Shown here in pieces: positions 1 to 13,227 of a DNA stretch of 64,000 nt; within the stretch, counting starts at the first letter, position 1; every line of letters starts with the position of its first letter. Position numbers and translations under genes: made by a program. The notes under the pieces were generated by a model, which did no database searches, was not told the DNA's origin, and worked only from the letters and a program-made list of their open reading frames with translations. The DNA comes from Eledone cirrhosa (lineage: Eukaryota), in assembly GCA_964016885.1 (NCBI GenBank), contig CAXHJY010000195.1, positions 1 through 64,000 on the forward strand. Direction: 5' to 3'.

Positions 1-330
1 CCAGAATTAATAACAGAACAGACTCACTGATTGGTTGGTTTTCGCTTCTGTGTATTTTATATCGGTTAATTTAATTTATTCGGTCCTCAATGTAACTACA
101 GATACAATATAGACACAAACACATATATATAGTCTAACAAAGATCTTTCGTTGCACATCTGCAACATCGTCAGTGGTGCTATTATGTTTCCTCCTGTTGT
201 ATTGTATGCCTACGCCATCTTAAATTAACCGATATAAAAGACACAGAAGCGAAAACCAACCAAACAGTGAGTGTGTTCTGTTATTAATTCTGGCAATATT
301 ATTACACAAATATGACCCTCCCCAAGTATA
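1..330. mobile_element. Penelope-like pLTR family B, head-to-head inverted pair (minus arm about 1-220, plus arm about 221-330)
   Basis: 1-70 is the reverse complement of about 222-293. The same sequence recurs at 26248-26488 and 39632-40230. It ends at a (TA)n tract. Confidence 0.7.
138..176 (-). ncRNA. Minimal type I hammerhead ribozyme (family B)
   Basis: Minus strand reads CA-CUGACGA-U-GUUGC agaugu GCAAC-GAAA-GAUC-UU-UG. Core, 5-bp stem II and palindromic stem III are present; stem I is short. Confidence 0.65.
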
Positions 331-492
331 ACATATATATATATATATGCATATATAACATATATATATATATATGCATATATATATATATGCATATATA
401 ACATATATATATATATATATGCATATATATATATTATATATATATGCATATATATATATATATGCATATATATATATGCATATATATATATA

Positions 493-530
<38 letters not shown>

Positions 531-562
531 TATGCATATATAAATATATATATATATATATA
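331..562. repeat. (TA)n microsatellite with GC interruptions
   Basis: Direct reading of the sequence. Confidence 0.95.
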
Positions 563-1007
563 CATGTAAGTGTAGTTTATGTATGTCATGAGCATTAGCT
601 GTGCTATACCAAGAAAACAGGAAGGCGAAATATATATAGGTGCCCCTTAGCGAAGCAGATTTCAATATGTGGTGGAAAATTATTCAATGATAAAAGAAAT
701 GTGAAATCTTCTTCTTATGAAGGCATCATCCATCTTCACCTATCGTTTCGGATTGACAGAGATCACACCGAACTTCTTGTTTCTTCTGATAAACTCTCGC
801 CAACATGAGCTTCTTGTGAAACATCAAGGCATTTTGCTTTTGAAAATAAATATCAACGGAAGCCTCTCTCAAAGTTCTACTGGCGCCAAAGAGAATTCTC
901 TGATTTCAGTCTTTCATCCATTTCTGAAACTCTTATAAAACATTTTGATCAGTTTTAAAGACCGACATTTTTTTTCTGCTGGAACATAATTTTGAATAGA
1001 GTTCCCT

Positions 1008-1068
<61 letters not shown>

Positions 1069-1134
1069 ATACATATGTACATATATATATATATATATAT
1101 GAATATATATATATATATATACATATGTACATAT

Positions 1135-1177
<43 letters not shown>

Positions 1178-1204
1178 CACACACACACACATATATATAC
1201 ACAC

Positions 1205-1239
<35 letters not shown>

Positions 1240-1259
1240 TATATATAGATATATATATA

Positions 1260-1335
1260 TGTATGTAAAAGGTAAACAGAAATAACAACACAATCGGTAC
1301 AGTATATGGAAGGGATATATTAGGTTAATGCAAAG

Positions 1336-1367
<32 letters not shown>

Positions 1368-1421
1368 CTCATGTGTGTATGGTATGTGTATATATGTGTG
1401 TGTATGTATGTGTATATATGC

Positions 1422-1452
<31 letters not shown>

Positions 1453-1528
1453 CTTTGCATTAACCTAATATATCCCTTCCATATACTGTACCGATTGTGT
1501 TGTTATTTCTGTTTACCTTTTACATACA
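1260..1528. mobile_element. 3' termini of Penelope-like pLTR family C in divergent inverted orientation, within microsatellite
   Basis: 1260-1338 is the reverse complement of 1450-1528. It matches 8040-8105 and 34170-34245, which carry an HHR. Confidence 0.65.
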
Positions 1529-1550
1529 TATATATATATATGTGTGTGTG

Positions 1551-1675
<125 letters not shown>

Positions 1676-1733
1676 GTATATGTATATATATATATGTGTG
1701 TATGTGTATATATATATATATAATGTATATATA

Positions 1734-1764
<31 letters not shown>

Positions 1765-2945
1765 ATATGTATATATGTGTGTGTATATATATATATAGAT
1801 ATATGTGTGTGTGTCTGTATAGATTAAAATATAAACTATTTCAATCATATTATAACATAATCAGCTCAGTATGCCTTTATACAGGCTAAAATATATATTT
1901 TGCAAAGCTTTGTACAAAGTTATATTTAGTTATAATACTATGCAGTATAATATTATATATGTATATTAAGAACATAGTAAGCAAGAAATATATTTAAGGA
2001 AAATATTGTTTTACTTAGAGTTTGCTCAGTCTGAAAGAATGATGAATGAAAGACACAGTTGAACTTGTCGAGATTTGAACTCAGTGTACAGAGAACCGGA
2101 ACAAATACCGAGGTTTTTAATCCGGCACTGTAACATCCATGTAAAGGGGAATAAACCTATAATTAAAACCAACAACTTATGAAGTTGACACACTCCATAG
2201 TGTTTCCTGGTTTCTCACTTTTATGTGACTTTCCTGGGGCTCCTTATTTTTATTTAAAAGATATTATGAACTATTTTTTCTTCAATAACATTTAACCAAA
2301 TCAAGGGTTTAAAGGAACCGACATCAAAGGAGAATTAATTCTTTGATTAGGAACATAGTAAACCGTTTAATATCAAAAGTACCGTTGTAGGCTTTATTAA
2401 AGTTGTGTATACATAAACTAAACTATATTCATAATCAACCATATGTTTTAAAAGGGTATTATTGGGGTCATTTTGTTGATTACTACGATTAACTACCATT
2501 TCGTGCCGGTTGCTTCAATCCCTTGAGTTTCGTATAGAAGCTCTGTTGTACTTGAATAAGGTAATCAACAAAACGAACAAGATATTTTTAAAATCAACAC
2601 AAGACTGACTTCCGGTGATTAACTTTAGAAAGCAGTATGGTCTTCTAAGTAAACAACTTAAATGACATGTCTGTAATGTACTCTGGAGTGGGAAAAATGT
2701 TCTGCATTAAAAGATGAATACGTATGACAGAGTCAAATGATGACTGTTGTCCATTTGCAACCATGCAGCACGTCTTGTTTTCATATATATATATATATAT
2801 TCACTGCCAGAAGGGGGACACTCAGCAGTCAACTTGCTGCTACCAAGATGAAAACTACTATGAAATCCCACACTGAATTTTATACTTGAATTTTCAAATC
2901 TCAAATTTTAACTCTTCTTATTATTAATTTTTCTTAATATTAATC

Positions 2946-2993
2946 AACATTTGAAAAGATGGCTTTTGCAGACCCATCGAAATCGGTCATTTT
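2946..2993 (+). ncRNA. Putative minimal type I hammerhead with U3-A8 variant core
   Basis: AACAU-UUGAAAA-GAUGG cuuuugcagac CCAUC-GAAA-UCGG-UC-AUUUU. Stem II is a perfect 5 bp; stem I has one mismatch. Downstream 2990-3137 recurs at 38888-39138. Confidence 0.5.
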
Positions 2994-3131
2994 TTATACC
3001 CTTTATTCTTTCCTTACCTTATAAAATTATATGTTTTTTCACAAAAAAGTATTCTGTCTCTTATATATTCCATGTGCCATTACCAACCTCAATTTTCTCT
3101 ATAACCTTCGTTTTGTGTAGAAACTTACACT

Positions 3132-3174
<43 letters not shown>

Positions 3175-3179
<5 letters not shown>

Positions 3180-3435
3180 CGTTTCTGAATTTGTTTAGCA
3201 AGATTCTTTATCTGAAATCGTGTGTTGAAAACCGATATTGTTATACTTTGGGAGGTCATGTTGCCAATAAGAAACACACGCACCAGTTGCTTTCACTTCA
3301 ATTTATTATAAGAAATTTATAATAAGAAATTTATAAATTTATAAATTTATTATAAATTTATTATAATAAATTGAAGTGAAACAACTGGTGCGTGTGTTTC
3401 TTATTGGGCAACATGACCCCTCCCAAAGTGTAGCA

Positions 3436-3440
<5 letters not shown>
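3175..3440. mobile_element. Penelope-like pLTR family A termini, head-to-head inverted pair
   Basis: GGTCATGTTGCCAATAAGAAACACACGCACCAG is followed by its reverse complement. Both flanks are (TA)n. Confidence 0.7.
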
Positions 3441-3467
<27 letters not shown>

Positions 3468-3472
<5 letters not shown>

Positions 3473-3745
3473 GTAAATAGGGAGAAAAATACGATTATTA
3501 GGAAGAAAAATTTTTTTTTTCCTTTTATTTTTTTCTCTTTCTTCTGGGTTAGAAAATATTTAAGACAAAATATTTTACTTTGTGTGAAGTGTTAAGGAAG
3601 GTATTAGTTAATTTATTTATTAATTAACAATGGCATTTATTTATTTATTTTAAACATTTTCTAACCCAGAAAAAAGAAAAAAAGAAAAGGAAAAAATATA
3701 TTTTTCTTCCTAATAATCGTCTTTTTCTCCCTATTTACATATATA
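3468..3745. repeat. Foldback inverted repeat, arms about 95 bp
   Basis: ATGTAAATAGGGAGAAAAA...CTGGGTTAGAAAA versus TTTTCTAACCCAG...TTTTTCTCCCTATTTACAT. Confidence 0.8.
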
Positions 3746-3783
3746 CATATTCCAACTCGTGTGCTCCTTCTCCACATTTTATA

Positions 3784-3856
<73 letters not shown>

Positions 3857-4014
3857 ATACTTTGGGAGGGTCATGTTGCCAATAAGAATACACGCACCAG
3901 TTGCTTTCACTTCAATTTATTATATATTTATAAATTTATAAATTTACAAATCTACAAACTTATAAATTTCTGGTTGGTTGGTTGGTTCCACAACCAGATA
4001 GTTGTTTTATATAT

Positions 4015-4059
4015 AGTCATAGTCCTTTCGTCACACACTCTGTGACCTCTTCAGTGACT
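4015..4059 (-). ncRNA. Type I hammerhead ribozyme (family A)
   Basis: AGUCA-CUGAAGA-G-GUCAC agagugu GUGAC-GAAA-GGAC-UA^UGACU, with 5-bp stems I and II. Confidence 0.8.
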
Positions 4060-4139
4060 GGGCACACAACACACACACAGAAACAAAATGGCGTAGGACA
4101 GAAGAAAGGAAAGGCACAGAAACAAAGAAAGGAATCCCC

Positions 4140-4184
4140 AGTCACTGAAGAGGTCACAGAGTGTGTGACGAAAGGACTATGACT
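4140..4184 (+). ncRNA. Type I hammerhead ribozyme (family A)
   Basis: Same motif as 4015-4059, on the plus strand. Confidence 0.8.
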
Positions 4185-4406
4185 ATATATAAACAACTAT
4201 CTGGTTGTGGAACCAACCAACCAACCAGAAATTTATAAGTTTGTAGATTTGTAAATTTATAAATTTATAAATATATAATAAATTGAAGTGAAAGCAACTG
4301 GTGCGTGTGTTTCTTATTGGCAACATGACCCTCCCAAAGTATAACAATATCGGTTTCAACACACGATTTCAGATAAAGAATCTTGCTAAACAAATTCAGA
4401 AACGAA

Positions 4407-4470
<64 letters not shown>

Positions 4471-4640
4471 CCCGGGTTCAATCGGGGGTAACCACAGTAA
4501 GGTACTCAATACATAGCAGACTATAAATATTTAATATAGAAATGAAACAGTTCATTTTTATATTAAATATATATTTATATATATATATATACACACACGT
4601 ACATATATATTTATATTCTCACACACACAAACACACACAC

Positions 4641-4681
<41 letters not shown>

Positions 4682-4686
<5 letters not shown>

Positions 4687-4786
4687 AACGAGTAGGACCC
4701 CGACGGCTGAGCTCAAGCCGTTTCGACGGTTAATTCTGGACTCGAAACGGCTTGAGCTCAGCCGTCGTGGTCCTACTCGTTCCTAT
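4682..4786. repeat. 45-bp inverted repeat containing the 3' half of a hammerhead
   Basis: Arms 4682-4726 and 4742-4786 have one mismatch. Each arm reads GAAA-CGGC uugagcuca GCCG-UC; the CUGANGA box is absent. Confidence 0.75.
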
Positions 4787-4862
4787 TACCCACTCTACTA
4801 CCCTAAGTATTGAGTACTTTGGTGCGTTATGCTCCACCTGGTTCCTTACCACATTTCCTTCG

Positions 4863-4906
<44 letters not shown>

Positions 4907-4909
<3 letters not shown>

Positions 4910-5200
4910 ATATTAACAAATGGAAACTATATTTATAAAACCATATTTATGTTATTATACATATTTCAAGGGCCACCAAGGCAAATTATGGTGCGCTTTC
5001 ATCAGATAAAATACAATACAGATTTGTTTTATAAATAAATATTGACATACCCTGAAAAAAGACAACCTTAAATACGGTTTTATAAATATAGTTTCCATTT
5101 GTTAATATATTGTATATTTACTCCACAAACTGTTGAGTGCTATATATCAGTTATAAACATTTTTAAGCTTGTTGAATCCCAACAAATTAAATATAACCTC

Positions 5201-5202
<2 letters not shown>
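4907..5202. mobile_element. pLTR family D, head-to-head pair; HHR at about 4948-5013 on minus strand
   Basis: Minus strand reads UAUUUUAU-CUGAUGA-stem II-GAAA-UAUGUA-UA-AUAACAUA. The family recurs at 20467-20817 and 42680-42965. Confidence 0.7.
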
Positions 5203-5258
<56 letters not shown>

Positions 5259-5879
5259 GTTGCCGCCTATGATAAATATAAGCAGTATAAAACTATTTTA
5301 TAGATTCCACTTTTTTGCTTCGTTAAACATTTCATTACAGAATTGTCTCGAAACCATTTTTTTTTTTGGGGGGGGGGGGGGGGGAGTAGCAAGTATTATA
5401 CAAGCTGTTAGTTTTCTAGTAGATGTTTACAATTTGTTTCGTGAAGTATGAACCAAATACTTTATAGATAATTCAATAAAGATTGGCAGATCTCTAAAAA
5501 GAATGTCTAAATCGTGCCTTTCGCATAAACCAATCTTATAGGAAACGTGCACTACATAAGAAATTATTAGTTTGAGCTGTTGTTGATATCTGGACATGGA
5601 TATCATTGGTCTACATAGGAATAGCGGAACAATGCAACACCGGCACGTTATTGTCAATAATTGGTAAAGTTGAGCTAGCTAAAACTACAATTCATAGTGA
5701 TAAATGAATGACATTGGAAAAGGGTTTTGTTTAACTCGTTAACGTATCCGCTTAGCCCAGTGATTAATTTCACTCATTAACGTGGCTGCTTAGACTACTA
5801 GAAAGAAAAAGTGAAATTTCCTTATATTATACACTGTCTTTAAAAAAAAAACACATTGAATAATGTAGTATTTGGTACA

Positions 5880-6690
5880 CTAGGCGGTTCAAATGGATTT
5901 GAAGGAGGTACTCATACTCCCAGTATTAATTGCAATAAAGAAATAACGCCATGACCTTTTGACACGATCTAACTCGACAAAACAATCCAGAATGTTGAAG
6001 CGGTGGTCCTGTGGGTGATAATATAGAGTGGACACATGGAATAAAGGGCCTAAATTATAAAGGATTTGTCATGTGGATGGGAGTAGTGTATGGTGAGTCC
6101 TGTAAAGGGAGAGGAGGGCGTTTGTATTGTTGTAAGGTCCACTAATCAGTCACCTTGATGGCAGTACGAGACTGTGTTGCTAGGCCCACTATAGTCCACT
6201 CGGCTGACATTAAAGTTGAAGTCAATCAACAGAACAAACGAGATATTTTAACCTTCATTAGAAGATTCACTTCCGGTGATTAACTTGAGGAAGAAATATG
6301 GTCTTAAGGGATATTTCTGTAATATGCCTAGTTGAGCAGGGATTGGGGGAGGAGGCTGAGAAGAAGAGTAGAGCTGGGATATGGAGGAGGGGGCTGAGAA
6401 AAGGAGTAGAGCTCGGATTTGGAGGAGGGGGCTGAGAAAAGGAGTAGAGCTAGGATTGGGGGAAGTGAGAAGAGGGGTAGAGCTGGGATTGGGGTGAGAG
6501 GAGGAGTAGAAAGATAGTAACACGCCTGAGGAAGGAGCCCCGCGAGGTGCGGTGGTTGTTCCAGCGGATGTCGTGGCCATTCTCCGCGGCAAAACCTTCG
6601 TCATTTTGTCCGCGGGGTGCACAGTCTCTCCCCTCCTCCCTCTCCTCCGTTTTCCTTTCTTCCGTTGCTTAGTTTCTTTTATTATTTTTT
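5880..6690 (-). pseudogene. Degenerate N-terminal part of a Penelope-like ORF, plus pLTR-like end
   Basis: Frameshifted motifs SPEVNLLMK (compare E..LL.KGLNF) and HPQDHRFNILDCFVE. 6580-6650 resembles 33700-33810. A related degenerate copy lies at about 2540-2670. Confidence 0.4.
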
Positions 6691-6697
6691 CTTTCTA

Positions 6698-6887
6698 TGG
6701 CGGTTGATTGGCAGTATCGGTAGAGGGTCGGACGCCATGCTTTGATGCATAGAGTTACGGCCCTTGCCATTCTGAGTTCAAATCCCGTCGAGGTTAACTT
6801 TGCCTTTCATCCTTACGGGATCGATAAAATAAAGTACCAGTAATACTCTGGGTAATTGCTGGCCTTGTGCCAAAAGTAGAAAAAATT
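6698..6887 (+). mobile_element. tRNA-derived SINE family 1 (about 185 bp)
   Basis: A-box TGGCAGTATCGG, B-box GAGTTCAAATCC, central CTTTGCCTTTCATCCTTACGGGGTCGATAAAATAAAGTACCAG; dozens of copies in the window. Confidence 0.9.
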
Positions 6888-7431
6888 ATTTTTTCTTTCT
6901 ACTTTTTCTTCTTTTCCTTCTCAGTGTTTTTCGCTTCCTTATTGCCATGAAAGGGGTTGGCCCGCAGTTGAAGCTCTATATCAAATATTGACACGGAATT
7001 GACAAGGTATGAATACAGTTGATCATATGATAGTACTATTAATACCAACGCGGAGATAAACAACAGCAACAACAACAACAGCAATAACAGCAACAATAAC
7101 AAGATCTGTACAAATACAAATGTCAATACATTAATGCTATTTCGTGTATATTATTCAATTTAAAGTCATTGTAATAGAAATCAGAGTAGACAATGAACTA
7201 AACCACCAGACCAAACGAACAACAGAACAAATAAGAAAGAAAGACAAACTAACAATAACAATTACTGTGTATCAAGTGACAATAATAATATATATCGTCT
7301 GCTTGGAGTTGCCACCGACAGATAGTATTAGCAATTGGAAAGACCAATGGAAACATTGTTTCCTCGGTCCGATTTGATGAGCTCCACCCCACTCGTGAAG
7401 CAAATGAGGTCTGAGATCTTATCGATGGACT

Positions 7432-7484
<53 letters not shown>

Positions 7485-7489
<5 letters not shown>

Positions 7490-7755
7490 GTAAGTATGTA
7501 TGTATACGTACATACATATATGTATACAGACGTACAGTAGCATGTATATATATACATACAGGCACACATATATATATGCACGTATCAGTTTACCGAACAT
7601 TTATTATAGCATATATATATGTGTGCCTGTATGTATATATATACATGCTACTGTACGTCTGTATACATATATGTATGTACGTATACATACACATACTTAC
7701 ATTTAAGTAAGTGCCGTACTAAGAGTGAGAAATGAAATTTCGTTTCATTCTATTC
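7485..7755. repeat. Inverted repeat of a dispersed element end
   Basis: 7486-7545 is the reverse complement of about 7640-7704. The same element occurs at 41455-41660. Confidence 0.7.
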
Positions 7756-7756
7756 C

Positions 7757-7795
<39 letters not shown>

Positions 7796-7881
7796 GTGTG
7801 TGTGTATATGTGTGTGTGTATATATATGTATTAAATATTTGAGGTCCTGGATACGTATGACATATATAGCAAGGTTAATGG

Positions 7882-7996
<115 letters not shown>

Positions 7997-8126
7997 TGAT
8001 ACTTGGGGTAGTAGAGTAAGGTGATATTAAATATGTAAGCAAAAGGTAAACAGAAATAACAACACAATCGGTACAATATATGGAAGGAATATATTAGGTT
8101 AACGCTTGAAATAGCAGGAAGAGGGG

Positions 8127-8162
8127 TCTTAACGTTTCGGACGCTAGTCCTTCATCAGAAGA
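8127..8162 (-). ncRNA. Minimal type I hammerhead (family C) within pLTR at about 8000-8210
   Basis: UCUU-CUGAUGA-A-GGAC uagc GUCC-GAAA-CG-UU^AAGA. Stem III is reduced to the palindrome AACGUU. Confidence 0.75.
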
Positions 8163-8289
8163 AAGAATGAGAAATAAGATAGATTGAGGGGACGAGCGGG
8201 TTGGACGCATATGTGTGTGTGTGTGTGTGTGTGTGTTTTAACAAAGGAAGAGGAGAGGAAACGCACGTGTCATGGGTGATATTATAATA

Positions 8290-8472
8290 TTGTCTCTACT
8301 TTAGGCACAAGGCCAGCAATTACCCAGTGCATTACTGGTACTTTATTTTATCGACCCCGTAAGGATGAAAGGCAAAGTCAACCTCGGCGGGATTTGAACT
8401 CAGATCGTAAAGGGACGTAACTATGCTGGAATGCTTGGCGTCCGACCCTCTATGATACTGCCAATCCACCGG
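8290..8472 (-). mobile_element. SINE family 1
   Basis: Full-length reverse complement of the consensus. Confidence 0.9.
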
Positions 8473-8747
8473 GTGATATTATAATATTGGCAACAAGTAA
8501 AACTCTCCGCGGTCATCAGCCGTCGAAATTGACGTACACAGGTTTGACCCCTACCAACGTTACTGCTGGTTCATCTACTGTCACAGTGTCTGGCAAAATA
8601 GTCAGGCACTGTCTTTGGACTGTTTTTGTCTCAATACTCCAATCACTTCACCCTCAAGTTACAGTCCACTATCGTTTCTACACATATATAAGTCTGTGCT
8701 CTAGCACGGCTGTAGACTAATGAGTAAAACTAATAAAAGAATATATG

Positions 8748-8823
<76 letters not shown>

Positions 8824-9556
8824 TATATGCACATATGTATATGTGTGTATATATATATGTGTGTGTGTATGTGCATATATATGTGCGTGTGTGTGTGTGT
8901 GTGTGCGCGTATATGCACATATGTATATGTGTGTATATATATATGTGTGTGTGTATGTGCATATATATGTGCGTGTGTGTGTGTGTGTGTGCGCGTATAT
9001 GCACATATGTATATGTGTGTATATATATATGTGTGTGTGTATGTGCATATATATGTGCGTGTGTACATACATATACCAGAAATACTATTTAACCGAAACA
9101 CTTGTGTAATAAAGAGAGTCAATTGTTTGACCTTTCGGTAGTAGCGCTACTTATCAGGAGGTGAACTAACCTATTAGCCTTTTGGGCAGAAAATCTAGTG
9201 TATATTCTCGACACCAGGGGGAACTTTGACATTTCGAGTTAAATATCCTCTTCAAGAAATACTATAAAATACACCTGTAGCTTTTTTTAACACATTATAT
9301 ATGACCTCGTTCTCTCATACTACATCCTCTCATTTACTCTGTCTCTTAACACATCCTGAGATACTCGTAACTGTGTATGTATGTATAATGGTGTATATTC
9401 GTGTATACACACTGCAGACTTCCAATTTATTAACATCTTTACAGTTATTCTGTCTATACATACTCCGAGATACTCATTACTGTGTACGTGTATATATACA
9501 CCCCACAAAACTCATAACTTTGAATGTATGTATAATGGTGTCTATACGTGTATATA

Positions 9557-9627
<71 letters not shown>

Positions 9628-9965
9628 TGCAAGCTTCCATTACATTAACATCTCAGTTATTTTGTCTCTATACACACCCCGAGATACTCATAACTGTGTA
9701 CGTATGTATAACGGTTTGTATACACTCGACATAATCATAACTGTGTACGTATAATGGTGTATATATGTGTTTGTATTTATATACACTGCGGACTTCCAAT
9801 ACATTAACTCACAGACAAAAAAAAAGTTTGATGTTAAAAGATCCTTTTAACTGCTCAATAGATGTCATTGTTTTCCAAATGTTTTCATATTTTTGTTTCT
9901 TTTGCCTCTCTCTCTCTCTCTTTCTCTATCTATTTTTGTATATATATATGTCTATATCTATCTAT

Positions 9966-10021
<56 letters not shown>

Positions 10022-10359
10022 TATCTATTTTTGTATATATAAATATATATATGTCTCTATCTATCTACCCCCCCCCCCATTCTCTCTCTCTTCCTCCCCC
10101 TCTCTCTTTTCCCCACTTTCTCTGTCCCTATTTTTCTTTCTCTCTCAAGTGGTGATGGCTATGTGAAGTCTATATGGTCACTCAACCTTCTAGAAATAGC
10201 AGCCAATCTCCCATCAATTACACCATGTAATCTTAAAAAAGAGAAGCGTCTTAACTATTACTTAACTATTCATAAAAAAAAAAAGACACAGGGTTTACGA
10301 CTGAGAAGCTTCTGTCATAAGTCTGATCAATCGCGATCGACTTTGGGCTAAACAACGAT

Positions 10360-10541
10360 TTCTAGTATAAGCACAAGGCCAGTAATTTGGTGGGGATGGG
10401 AAAGTCGATTTATCGACCCCAGTACGTTACTGGTACTTTATTTTATCGACCCCGTAAGGATGAACTTAGATCGTAAAGGACCGTAACTCTATGCTGCAAA
10501 GCATGGCGTCCGACCCTCTACCGATACTGCCAATTCACCGC
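10360..10541 (-). mobile_element. SINE family 1 (long-tail variant), inserted at the end of another dispersed repeat (about 10160-10356)
   Basis: SINE consensus with an internal deletion. CTAAACAACGAT occurs on both sides, a candidate target-site duplication. Confidence 0.8.
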
Positions 10542-11409
10542 TAAACAACGATAATAATAACGTTATGACTACAAACGTGGTTTTCACCCAAGACGGTTGT
10601 CAAGATACGAGGATTTCTATCTTCAGATTTGATATTATCCAGACCGGTGTCTTAAGTTACAAGAATTATTTATGTTCTATCAAACTCTACATCCTTATGA
10701 GTCGTTGTTAACCAAACAGGAGTTTGAACCCCACTTAAACCCACATTTTATTATTTTTATTATTGATATAATAATTGTTTCTACTTTTGGCACAAGGCCA
10801 GCACTTACCCAGTGCATTACTGGTACTTTAGGTCAATCCCATTCCAACTTAATAGAAAACAATAACAATAGAAAGTAAAATCCTAAATCAACTTTATAGG
10901 AAGTATCATCTTTAAAAGATTAAAACACTTACATTCCACATAACCCATTGAAATCCAACATTTAACGCAAGCTTTATTTTCTTAGATGTATTTTTTCAAT
11001 TATAAATTCATTCATTTTTTTTTTTTTACGCTACAAAGGGGTTTTCTTTCATTTTCTTTTATCGTTCTATGAAATCTCTATTCAGTATTACAAACCTCTG
11101 CCAAATGTTTATCGTTTCAAAATATACTATTGTGTCCCTTGAATTTCCCAAAATAGTTTTTTTTTTCTTTCCTGTTTCATGAAGAATTAGGTCAGTGTTT
11201 TTGGTTAATGTAGTGTGTCAATGTGATGCTGAATCACAGCTCTGTTAGTCATATCTATTCCATGTCGCACTCAATTGACCCCCCCCCCCCCTCAGGTCAA
11301 TACTCACATTTGCTTAATGGCCAGAGATTTTTCTTTTTTTTTTTGCAAACTGCAGCTCCCCAGCCATTAGTGAGTTGCAATATAAATATAATAGGTCGCG
11401 ACCTTTAAA

Positions 11410-11650
11410 AAATCTACAAAAATAAGGTTGTAATACAAAGATATACCAAATATTGGGTCCTAATACAAAGATCTACAAAATATTGGGTCATAATACAAAA
11501 AATCTATATAACATTTTGTCACAATAGAAAAAATCTACAAAACAGGGTTTTGATAGAAAATAATTTACAAAACATTGGGTCGTAATATAAAAATCTACAA
11601 AACATTGGGTCGTAATATAAAAATCTACAAAATATTAGATCGTAGTAGAA
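11410..11650. repeat. About 30-bp minisatellite
   Basis: AAAATCTACAAAACATTGGGTCGTAATATA, about 8 degenerate copies. Confidence 0.85.
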
Positions 11651-11708
11651 AATGCAGCTCTTGTCGTAGGTCACATAGTAAAATAAAAAAAAAACCATTG
11701 CTATATGT

Positions 11709-11823
11709 CAGGGTTTCCAAACCTGGGCGATTTTAACTGTTGGGTGGGCGATGAGCTACTGAACAGAAAATGATGGGTGATTGGAAACTTTGGTGGCCGA
11801 TATAGGATCTGAGTATTAAGAAG

Positions 11824-11863
<40 letters not shown>

Positions 11864-12474
11864 ATACAATAACAGAGATAGTTTAAAGCTAAACTCTGAC
11901 TGGTAACCATCTCACTCAACAAACATTAGGTTATATTTTAATATGAACCCAATTTAAGTGTTTGGGGTGCTAACAATATGTATTATGTGGAAAAGCCAGT
12001 TGTATTATTTTATGAGATATAATTAAAGTTAAAATACATCTCTCTTTCCAAACAATTGTTTCATTATAAGTTTTCTACAAATTGGGAGAATATTTCCAGT
12101 TTATGTAGAAGCCTAATATACATTCATATTTAGGTGGGCGTTTATAAATCATCAGTGGAAGCCCATTAAACTTTGATAAAGAAAAAAATTCTTACCGCAG
12201 TCAAAAATCGTGTCTGTTAAGTTGCTCCTTCTCGCCTCGAATGACCGCCAAATTTGAATATATATATATATATACATACATATAATACCAGAAAAATAAT
12301 ATTCAAAGGAGAACCTGTATTAAAAAGCAGGAGGCTATATGAGAATAGAAAACCAGTAACAAACTTTTAACAAACTTTTTTGGTATGTTTTTTAATATTT
12401 ACTATACAGGTAGGTAGCAGAAAATATTTCCATCTGAAAGCGGGCGATGATGCAAAAAAGGTTGGGAACCCTTG
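11709..12474. mobile_element. Non-autonomous hAT (Charlie-like) DNA transposon
   Basis: Terminal CAGGGTTTCCAAACCT and AGGTTGGGAACCCTTG form an imperfect TIR, with repeated subterminal GGGCGA. No clean 8-bp TSD is seen. Confidence 0.5.
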
Positions 12475-12603
12475 GTTTAGGTGATAGAATGTCAGACTAG
12501 GGGTCGAGTAATTGATGGTTCCACTCTCTGACATTGCACTATCTGACCCAATGGACAAGATAATTCAAACTCAAATTGGCTCTATCCGCTTACTTTTAAG
12601 TCG

Positions 12604-12800
12604 TGTTGTTGTTAGAACCCGGTCAACCTTGACTGAGCAGATGATAACATATCATCGAAGACACTCCAGTTATGACCATCATGTTCTTCTCTTGAACATT
12701 GTATATCTAGGACTACATTATCGAAAACGTCTTCGATCGAAGACGGAAGAGTGTAATTTGAGGAAAACTTAGTTGTTATTTCTTGCATGTCAAGTGACCA
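12604..12800 (+). mobile_element. Dispersed repeat, unclassified (SINE-like); related to 10160-10356 (-) and 50985-51060 (+)
   Basis: Shared degenerate CCCAGGTC...GAGCAGA...TTCCAGCCATGACCATC-like sequence. Confidence 0.45.
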
Positions 12801-13227
12801 TTTTGAAGTTTCGTTCGAGGTTCACTTATGTGTAAGTAGACGCGATATGTAAATTACAACTCAATTCTGTAAAATTAACGAGTGTTTCTTTAGTTTGGAG
12901 CAGCTGAATCCTGTAAGTCCTCTTATTGTTTTTGACCATTGTTGGAACCCCTATATACAGACACAGTTCAACGAATTGAATGCTCACCACAAAGATTCTC
13001 CTTTTTATATCTGAAACTTTGATTGCTTTCAAAGTCCTGGTTTATTAAAAACGAGCCAGTTAACCAGACACATGCCATTACAGAAGTCCGGCGAGCTTTT
13101 TATTGCAGAGTCGGACCACATCGATACAGATTGAACCTTGAGCTGATCAATCACGAAACGTGCGTCACACCTCAGTAAACGTAATGAAAATCTAACACTT
13201 CGGCCTTTTCATTATTTAGTATTATAC

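Larger units (their letters stand above)
3850..4410. mobile_element. Penelope-like pLTR family A, head-to-head inverted pair with two HHRs
   Basis: 3850-4062 is the reverse complement of about 4137-4350. Flanked by (TA)n and (TG)n. Confidence 0.8.

Noticed and set aside
600-990. Minus-strand peptide with VRCDLCQSE, a possible zinc-finger or exon remnant
   Set aside because: Short, flanked by stop codons, with no convincing motif spacing or splice context.
6698-6790. tRNA-like A and B boxes
   Set aside because: SINE heads; no complete cloverleaf, and they always continue into the SINE body.
8490-8720. Possible old Penelope pLTR end on the minus strand (GGCTGATGACCGCGGAGAG)
   Set aside because: No intact GAAA or stems and no second copy in the window.
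9126-9260. Two hammerhead-like motifs on the minus strand (CUGAUAA...GAAAGGUC and UUGAAGA...GAAAUGUC)
   Set aside because: Single uncompensated core changes and poor stem I pairing; possibly decayed relics, but not supportable.
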